The notes under the pieces: generated by a model
Database searches by the model: none
What the model was told of the DNA's origin: nothing
Seen by the model: only the letters and a program-made list of their open reading frames with translations
Made by a program: the position numbers and the translations under genes
In this document: piece by piece, positions 40,596 through 49,165 of the stretch
Layout of the letters: every line of letters starts with the position of its first letter
Numbering within the stretch: the first letter of the stretch is position 1
Source of the DNA: Octopus sinensis
Taxonomy: Eukaryota
Assembly: GCF_006345805.1 (NCBI RefSeq)
Contig: NW_021834335.1
Span: 1-49,165 of the forward strand
Length of the DNA: 49,165 nt
Direction of reading: 5' to 3'

Positions 40596-41835
40596 TAATA
40601 TAAATTCGAATCGAATTCGTTTCCTTGGCAGTCATTCTAAGGCTAGAAACTCTGTTTATCAATGTAAAATTAATTCCGGTTCTGATGTGTTTTTTTTAAT
40701 ATAGGTTGCTCTTCGTTTCAGTTGTCGAAAAGAATATTTAATCATTATTCTACACTTAGACATATAAATAAACGCAACAATACTGGGCTTAGTAAATTAA
40801 TTCATTCTCCAAAGTAACATAATAAACAATACGTTTTGGAATGGAAAATTCTGTCGAGATCTTTCCTGTATGACAAAGGCAAATATTTTTGTCAGCTATG
40901 TAACGAAGAGCTATTTTCATCCTTTTCCCGAAGAATACTCCTGTAAACGCGTTTAAAGAATCCGTTTATCATTGTAAACATTGGCAAAAACATACCTTTA
41001 TTTCCTATAAGTAATTTCTCCCAATCTATAAAATTCGACCTTTAACTGTCTTCTTACATTTCATTTCCACTACATTTATCTATTTCCTCGCTTTTAAACT
41101 TTATTCCCACTTATCAATCGCATTATAATTTTCCACTCTTAATTTTCTGTTAATGTATTTCTTTCTCCTCCTTTTCTTTCTCCAATTTAAATTTGACGCT
41201 AAATGGTTTAAAAATATAACTTGCTAGCGTTCTCCTTACATCATGTACGCTGTAATCACATTCGGTTAAAATGGCTTATTGATATGTTTTCTTTCTTTTT
41301 TCCCTGACGAGGAGATTGCATTGTTTTACATCATTTTTATTCCCTCCAGAATAATTTCAATGCATTTTTCGAAACATATATTGAAAATATATATGATTTG
41401 AATAACACCTGCGTTTGACTACATTTCTTAATTTATCCATGTTATACAAAAACAATTTACTTAACACTGGAATTTCTACCTTCATAAGTAGGCTGTAATA
41501 TCTTTGGCCCTTATGTGAATTTTTATTACTCTGGTAGGTATTCATTTATTTCTTCCCTTGATATTTGTATACATTGAAAAAATATACATACATTTATATA
41601 CTGTATTTAGTACTAGACAGTTAAGTAGCTATACATAAAATTTGACTGAAATTTATGGTCGTGCGTCTGCCCGAATTGGATGTGCATGGAGGCATGTTAG
41701 CATTCATATGCGGGCTTGATTCTAGTCTGCTTAAGCACATCATTTTTCAGTCAATTGTTTGAATAATGTCGCTTTAATCGGATTATATATATTATAATTA
41801 TTATGTATTATTATATAGTTATTATTGTTTTGCAG

Positions 41836-42043
41836 CTGGGTAGTCGGCCTCTGGAGCGAATGCTCAAGAAGCTGCGATGTCGGTGAGCAAGTTCGTTCGG
41901 TTCGCTGTTGGAGAATGTTGGCGCCGGGTTTCGATAGCAGTGTTCATGTGTACCTTTGTAACACGGCAGTAAGACCTGCATCCAGTCGGAAATGTAACAA
42001 CCAACCGTGCGGTCCTCAATGGGAAATGTCGACATGGTCAACG
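41836..42043 (+). CDS. ADAMTSL2: ADAMTSL2-like exon 3 in window: (R)WVVGLWSECSRSCDVGEQVRSVRCWRMLAPGFDSSVHVYLCNTAVRPASSRKCNNQPCGPQWEMSTWST
   Basis: Acceptor ttgttttgcAG, donor ACG|GTAACT, 208 nt, phase 2-0. RCWRMLAPGFDSSV and CGPQWEMS closely match human ADAMTSL2 RCWKMLSPGFDSSV...CGPQWEMSEWS as I recall it; this is the basis for the gene symbol. Confidence 0.95.
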
Positions 42044-42167
42044 GTAACTAAACGTTTAATTTCGTTAATTTTTCCCTGGCTCTTAAAAAAAAAATTAATT
42101 CATCAACACGAATATATTTTACTGTCTTCTGTACATTCTGATTTCTCTTTGCTTCTTCTTTGGCCAG

Positions 42168-42323
42168 TGTTCTTCTCTCTGTGGTTATGGAATTCAAAGA
42201 CGCCATGTTCGATGTAACTCAGGCAATGAAATACATTGTAATAGATCTACGAAACCGACAACACACCAATCCTGCTTCCACCCTCCTTGTGTCCACAGTT
42301 GGAAAGTGAAGAAATGGTCGAAG
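42168..42323 (+). CDS. ADAMTSL2: ADAMTSL2-like exon 4 in window (short TSP1): CSSLCGYGIQRRHVRCNSGNEIHCNRSTKPTTHQSCFHPPCVHSWKVKKWSK
   Basis: Long pyrimidine tract ending ttctttggccAG, donor AAG|GTAACG, 156 nt, phase 0-0, six-Cys TSP1 pattern. Not in the ORF track; translated by hand. Confidence 0.93.
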
Positions 42324-43169
42324 GTAACGGCAAAATTCTTCACAATTTTTGTTTTAGAACAGCAAATTTCAGAGGAGTCTGTTCTACTCGTTTTCTGAAA
42401 TTTGTTCTGTCAGTTTGATAGACAATCTGGTCAGCCATTTTGATAGACGCTGTTCTACAAATTCCAGTGGGGAGTCTAGTCTATCGATAGACCAGGGTAG
42501 AATTTGAAATCAGAACGGAAACAGTCATAAATAAATACGACGACGACAACAACAACAGCAATAGTAATCCTTTCTACTATAGGCACAAAACCTGAAATTT
42601 TGGGGAAGAGGGTAGAATTTGCGGTGATTAATAGAAACATTATTATTACAGACGCAGAAGTAGACATTTTGTGAGAAATCAGCAAGATTGAGTTTACAGA
42701 CATGATTAATGGAGAACCACTACCAAAGTTTTCGTACAAAAATGTCAACATAATCATGATATATAACGTTGCTCTTAGACAGTTAATAAGAAGCACTCCG
42801 TCGGTTGCGACGACGAGGGTCCCAGCTGATACGATCAGCGGAATAGCTTGCTCGTGAAATTAACGTGTAAGTGGCTGAGCACTCCAAAAACACGTGTACC
42901 CGAGGAGATTCAGCGTGACGCAGAGTGTGACAAGGCTGGCCCTTTGAAATACAGGTACTACTCATTTTTGTCAGCTGAGTGAACTGGAGCAACGTGAAAT
43001 ACAGTGTCTTGCTCAAGGACACAATGCGTTGCCGGGAATTGAACTCATGACCTTACGATCATAAGCCGAATGTTCCTAACCACTAAGCCACGCGCCTTCA
43101 CAGACTGATAATAAGAAATAAGGGCAATGATCAAACAACCTTAAATAATCTCATCTATTCCACTGTTAA

Positions 43170-44795
43170 CTGCTCAACTAGGCATTAAGATGACACAGAT
43201 AAAGAGCAGACGTGTCAATAAACCTGTCAAGCGGAAAGTAGTTATATAGAAAGAGATTGAATCTCAGCAAGTAGACGTATCAGTTCTCGATGAACTTGCT
43301 GGAGGAGTAAATATTAAGACGGGAAAAAGCTAGAAAAAATCAAGCAAAAATGTAATATCAAAGATTTTATAAACCTTCCAGCAACTAAGGAACCGATGAA
43401 ACAGCGAATACAGTTGAAAGCCCAACAACTTGGAAGATATGATAAAAGAATTAAATTTTATCGTCAAAACAAAATATTCAGGGCGGATGAAAAGAACTTT
43501 TATAGGGAAATTGGTAAAAAGTAAGATAGAAGTAAAAGAGCCACTTAAGGCTGAGGAAGTGGAAGAGTTCTGGAAAAAAGATCTAGAAACGAACAAGAGT
43601 ATAATGCTGAAGCTGACTGGGCAGAACGTGAGGGAGAGTCTGGATGAAGAGCAGAAACGGGGGACGATGTGAATAGAAGAGCTAAGATGAAGCACACGAA
43701 AACCTCGCTGCATTTTTTAACTGATGTCGTTCAGAACCCAAAAGCACATACCTGACTGGCTGACCGAAGGAACTACATACATACAAGCAAAAACTAAAGA
43801 CAGCAACAGCCCAAAGAACTACCGATCAATAACATGTCTCAACATCTCTTACAAGATCCTCACATCCATATTAACTGAAAGACTGTTTGCTTTCCTTGAA
43901 CAGAACTCTATTCTTCTACAAGTTCAAAAAGGTTGTAAACGAAATTCTTCTGGGTGCAAAGACCAATTTTCCATAAACAGAATGATTGTAGAGAATTGCC
44001 GGAGCAAAAGCAAGAACCTGAGTATGGCATAACAACTGTTGAAGAGTTTAGCAGAGTTTAGCAATGACATCGGGATGGCTTTTGGCCACGGTAAGTATGC
44101 TAAAGCGACTTTTGTAAGAGGCAAGCTGAGACAAACAGCTTCCATTAAATTAGATACCGATGCTACCATCAAGGAACTTGACCCACAAGAAAGTTATAAA
44201 TCCCTGGGAATAAATGGAGATGGTATACATCATGCTATTATGAAGGGAAAAATACGAAAGGGGCACTATAGGAGAATAAGACTTGTACTGAAGACTAAAC
44301 TCAGCTCAAAGAATCGCATCGATGCCATTAACGCTCTGGCACTTCCAGGAGTCCAGTACAGTTTTGACACCATTAACTGGAATCCTACAGATCTCCAAAG
44401 CCTGGACACGAAGACAAGAACATGTAAGAAAATGTACCATCGAAAAGCAGACGTTGACCGGCTGACCCTACCTAGAAGCATTGGGAGAAGAGAAATGATG
44501 TAATTAGAACTCCGCTATAGGAGTGAACAGGTCCTTATATAGTACAGAAGACTGGATGCTGTGTGATTTGTGTGCGAACATGAAAGTGGCAAATTGTCGC
44601 ATTCTGTTGTTAAGGAGGTTTATAAATTCGCAAAGGAAGTTGACATTAATCCTGAATTAGATGAAAGAACCTGAAACCATTGTCACCAAGCAAGCAAAGC
44701 GAATCAAGAAGACTGCAAAAAAGAACGGGCAGAAGAAAATTGAGGAGCGGTGGAGCCAGAAGCCCCTGCATGGTCAGTATATTCTTCGAAGTCAA
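43170..44795 (+). mobile_element. Decayed R4/Dong-clade LINE reverse transcriptase region with an internal deletion
   Basis: KQRIQLKAQQLGRYDKRIKFYRQNKIF, NYRSITCLNISYKILTSIL, QKGC..GCKDQ, NLSMA fused to LAEFSNDIGMAFG, RKADVDRLTLPR, WSQKPLHGQY. Multiple stops and frameshifts. Confidence 0.9.
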
Positions 44796-44816
44796 AATGA
44801 CGAAGATTATTGTGAT

Positions 44817-44863
<47 letters not shown>

Positions 44864-45051
44864 TGATGTGATAATGATGACAACGATGACCACGACGATG
44901 ATGAAGACCATGATGAAGATGATGGTGCTTCTACTTTGGTTGAAGTTGCTATTGCTGCTGTTGTGAAAACGTGTGTGCGTGGAACTTTGAGCGCTGAATC
45001 AATATTGTTACAGTGGAATCATCTTTGCGTTTTGTTTTTGATTTTTTCCAG

Positions 45052-45225
45052 TGCAACGGTCCGTGTGGCCGAGGTGTTCAGCATCGGGACGTGATATGCG
45101 TTGACCGAAATGGAATTAGAAGCGACATCAGATCCTGCGATAAAAACACCAAACCACAAACGGTGCAAGGCTGTGGCTTTGCACCATATTGTCCATCGAT
45201 GTGGGTGCCACAGGCTTATGACACG
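45052..45225 (+). CDS. ADAMTSL2: ADAMTSL2-like exon 5 in window: CNGPCGRGVQHRDVICVDRNGIRSDIRSCDKNTKPQTVQGCGFAPYCPSMWVPQAYDT
   Basis: Acceptor attttttccAG, donor ACG|GTGAGT, 174 nt, phase 0-0, TSP1 Cys pattern. Confidence 0.94.
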
Positions 45226-47097
45226 GTGAGTAAGATTTTAATTTTATTTATGCAGAAAATAAGGTAGAGGAGATTTTTATCATTTTATTCAGAAATTTAG
45301 GGAGCACAAGCTTTTGATACATTAAATAGGGGTGGCTGTGTGGTAAGAAGCTTGCTTAGTGCCTCATTGTAGGGACCTTGAGAGCAAAAGAAATATTGGT
45401 AAGAGGTTTATTGCCTCAAATTGTAAGTTCACAAAAGAACAATGTTTTAGAGAAGCAAAGATCGGCGACGGGTGTCTTTTGCCTTCTCTCATTAATACCA
45501 TCCGGTTCATCATTCATCTCATCTCATTAATGTCTTTGTCCAGCCCGCAGCTTCTTCATCTGTGTACGGCTTTTCATAGCCAATTTAATGAAATGAAACA
45601 AAGAAGTTTGCTTCCCAACCTCCACTACGTGGCATTTTGGGCGGGTGACCAAAGCCCTGTGAGTGGCTAAGCGGTGGGCTGAGGGTTGCGAGGCAAAAAG
45701 AGTAAGCGGGTGCGAATATACCGCTGGTACTGTCCCACAATCCCACAATCCAATATCTGTGGACTTCTTTGCAAATCATTGGCGGGTCTCAAATGTCACG
45801 TTTGACATAAGCATTATGGCTGACAAAGAAAAAGTAGGTTGCTAAACCCTTATACATCGAAACCGACGGGAGAGTCCATCATATGTATGTGTGTATGTGT
45901 ATGTGTGGGTGTGTGTGTGTATCACCGTGATCACCGTGACCGACCAGGCTATCGGATGTTGCTACACATCGCTGGTCACAATGCACTTCGCATTGTTTTA
46001 GCCTTCAAATGACGCCACTCCGCTGGCTAAGTGAGCAGGCCGACATAAGAAAGAGGGAGAGAAAGTTGTGACGAAAGTGTACAGCAGGGATCGCTACCAG
46101 TCCCTGCCAGAGCCTCGTGGAGCTTTTGGGTGTTTTCGCTCAATAAACACTTACAATGCCTGGTCTGGGAATCGAAACCGCGGTGGTTCGGCAACAGAGA
46201 CTGATAGAATAAGTAACAGGCTTAAACAATAGTAAGCACCGGGGTCGATTCGTTCGACTAAAATTCTTCAATACGGTGCTGCAGTGTGGCCATAGCACCG
46301 TCTGAAACAAATAAGAGATGAAACATATATAAGATATTACCGCAAGCTTAAGATACCGAAAATAAATGAAATCATAGAAAGTAGGGTTGCACGGAGCTTA
46401 TAAATACTTTGGATAAATTAATCCGTATTGAAAACTGAGAGCCACAAGCCTCGATAACGTGGAGTAAATAGAATTTAATGGAATGTGTGACACCACAAAA
46501 TGTATGCATTGTATATGTTCTGGAATGCACTCGCAAAATGATACATACTTGTGTAACTGTGGCTAATAACAGGTAATGTTACATAAATGCAATAATTATA
46601 ATTAATTAAATTTCAGAGCTCTTCTGCGAAACAATAAAATAAAATACACAAATTCAGAACATAAGCATTTATTGAATTAAGATGAAACAAAATAAGACAA
46701 ATTACACTTTTGTATATCTGCCAGAAATGTATGCTATTAACAATACTTGTACTGTTTAACTATTCAAGTAAATTTATCTGAAAGTACTAAGAGTTACGAA
46801 AGTATGTTACCAACATTTACTGTCAAATGTCGTGTGACACATATTCTAGTTGGTGTCTATTACCCAAGGGAGATAAATCCGATGAGATCAGATTTATCTC
46901 CCTTAGAGGGATGCGCAAACAGAGAGTGGATGGCAAGGGCCCCAGTACTTGACTAGTACAATATTTTCTCTAACTTCAGAAGGATGAAGGGTAGAGTTGA
47001 CTTCAATGGGGTTTGAACTCAGAACATAAAGAGCCAGAAGAAATACTGCGAGGCATTTTACTCCGACGATTCTAACAGCTCGCCTCGCAACATTAAC

Positions 47098-47165
<68 letters not shown>

Positions 47166-47460
47166 CTATGTATGTATGCATGTATGTATGTATGTATGTA
47201 TGTATGTATGTATGTATGTATGTATGTATGTATGTATGTATGTATGTATGCATGTATGTATGTATGTATCTATCTGTCTATATGTTTGTCTGTCTGTCTC
47301 TCTTTCTGTCTGTCTATCTGTCTATCAATTTATCTCTCTATCTACATCTCCCTATCTGCTCTATCTAGTGTAGAATAGACGTTCTATTCTCTCCTATATT
47401 ACAGAACAAATCAAACCCAGGCGACATCACATTTATCCCGAAACATATTTCTCTTTTCAG

Positions 47461-47640
47461 TGCTCAGCTTCTTGTGGCCAAGGAATTGTAACCAGGAAAG
47501 TAGTTTGCGGACGCGTGGTTCGAAACAGTTTCCAGTTGCAATCAGATGCACACTGTCGCCATAAACCTCGACCAACAAGCACAACCACCTGCACCGCCAA
47601 ACCGTGCCTCTCCAGTTGGTATGTCACAGAATGGTCAAAG
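47461..47640 (+). CDS. ADAMTSL2: ADAMTSL2-like exon 6 in window: CSASCGQGIVTRKVVCGRVVRNSFQLQSDAHCRHKPRPTSTTTCTAKPCLSSWYVTEWSK
   Basis: Acceptor tttctcttttcAG, donor AAG|GTAAGT, 180 nt, phase 0-0, TSP1 pattern. Not in the ORF track. The last TSP1 and PLAC exons should lie beyond the window. Confidence 0.94.
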
Positions 47641-48041
47641 GTAAGTTTGATGAGATTCGACCAAAGACAAAAGTTCTTTTAATCTTTAATCATCTTTTCA
47701 TATTCTTTTACTCGTGTCAGTCACTGGATTGCGGTCATACTGGGGCACTGCCTAGGAGTTGTTAGTCGAACAAATCGACATCAGTACTTATTCGATCTAA
47801 ATCTGGTACACATTTTATCGGTCCCTGCTTGCCGAGCAGCTACAGAGTACAGGGACATAACCAAACCAACATGATTGTATATAAAAAGTATGAATACAAA
47901 AACAATGTGTGCACTGCATGTACAATATATATAATAAGATACACACACACACATATATATATATGATATATGATAGATATATATATATATAGGATATACA
48001 TATAGATATATATATGTATATATATATAGATATATATATAT

Positions 48042-48080
<39 letters not shown>

Positions 48081-48084
48081 TATA

Positions 48085-48124
<40 letters not shown>

Positions 48125-48206
48125 TATAATATATATGTATATATATATATATATATATACATATACTATATATATATCATATATTATATATATTATATAT
48201 ATATAT

Positions 48207-48247
<41 letters not shown>

Positions 48248-49165
48248 CATAATAATAAATCTCTGAACGAGATGTAAACAGTAACTGCACGACAATGTAA
48301 AGTATACTAGCCATCTCAATATGGCTAACCACTAAGGGTGGGTGTTACTGTAGCCCCAGGACATCATCGTCTCCAGCTGGCTTTAGGCACACTTTCTGTG
48401 CCCTTATGGTATTTGCAAAGGGAGGTCATCCTTCTCTCGTCAACCTAAGTGATACGCACGGACTGCAGTTTCTAGGTATTTGCCTGTCTTCAGCGTACGG
48501 CAATCACCGGTTTTCGACGAAGGGAGTCCGTTTGCAAATCCTAATATATCGTTTTTCCAGTAACTTTTCGTTCAGAGATTTATTATTGCTTGCAGTTTTT
48601 TGAAATCAGTGACGAAAAGTTACTGGAAAAACGTGGAGCTTTTGGTGTTTTCGCTCAATAAACACTCACAACGCCCGGTCTGGGAATCGAAACCGCGATC
48701 CTATGACCGCGAGTCCGCTGCCCTAACCACTGGGCCATTGCGCCTCCACTAACCCTACTATAACCCCTTTCTTGTATAAGCAAATAACCATAGTAAAGTA
48801 ATTACTTTCACTTTTTTAAGAATATTTGTCAGCAGGAAACGCGTGTACGACACCGAAATAAATACGTTTTCGTTATTTAGCGCGCTGTTTCTGACTTATG
48901 AAGGTAACGTATGTCAGAATCGAGAAAAATCTTCCGACAATCCGCTATCGATAAACTAAATAATCCAATTAATTCGTTCGACTGTTTAACACAATCTTGC
49001 AGAAATCAGACAACAGCCTAGTCACAACAGAGATTTTTTTTTAATTTCATAAAAAGCTTCTGGGAGAAAACAAAGTAGTCAGATGGCACGTACTTAGTAA
49101 ATGTAGTATGTGAAATTTCTCCAGTTGAAGCCTTTTGGAAATACACAAATATCATGTGTCATGTG

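Noticed and set aside
42299-42323. Apparent 25-nt micro-exon WKVKKWSK after ccttgtgtccacAG, phase-compatible with the 34068 donor
   Set aside because: It is the 3' end of the full 156-nt TSP1 exon starting at 42168. The internal AG is at most a cryptic acceptor.

Overview
AT-rich, microsatellite- and SINE-saturated eukaryotic genomic DNA. The repeat families (tRNA-headed SINEs, R4/Dong-like LINE remnants, ATAC/TATC/TA/AAT arrays) point to an octopod cephalopod (inference). The only host gene I can support is six + strand exons (950 nt, about 316 aa, all splice phases compatible) encoding consecutive thrombospondin type-1 repeats of an ADAMTSL2 orthologue. Upstream and downstream exons were not found in the window. 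Almost all ORFs in the supplied track are artefacts of stop-free simple repeats, and three real exons (19652-19756 is only partly covered; 42168-42323 and 47461-47640 not at all) are under-represented in it. The main discovery is at least eight minimal type-I hammerhead-ribozyme motifs with palindromic helix III, in three families, in or upstream of the introns. They include a tandem triplet just 3' of an R4-clade LINE ORF; the most intact copies are antisense to the host pre-mRNA. Also present: a 2-kb nested intronic palindrome, a 6.5-kb 26-bp satellite with higher-order structure, a 360-bp-period SINE concatemer, a Tc2-like MITE and a Helentron-type element. All coordinates and alignments were read by eye.
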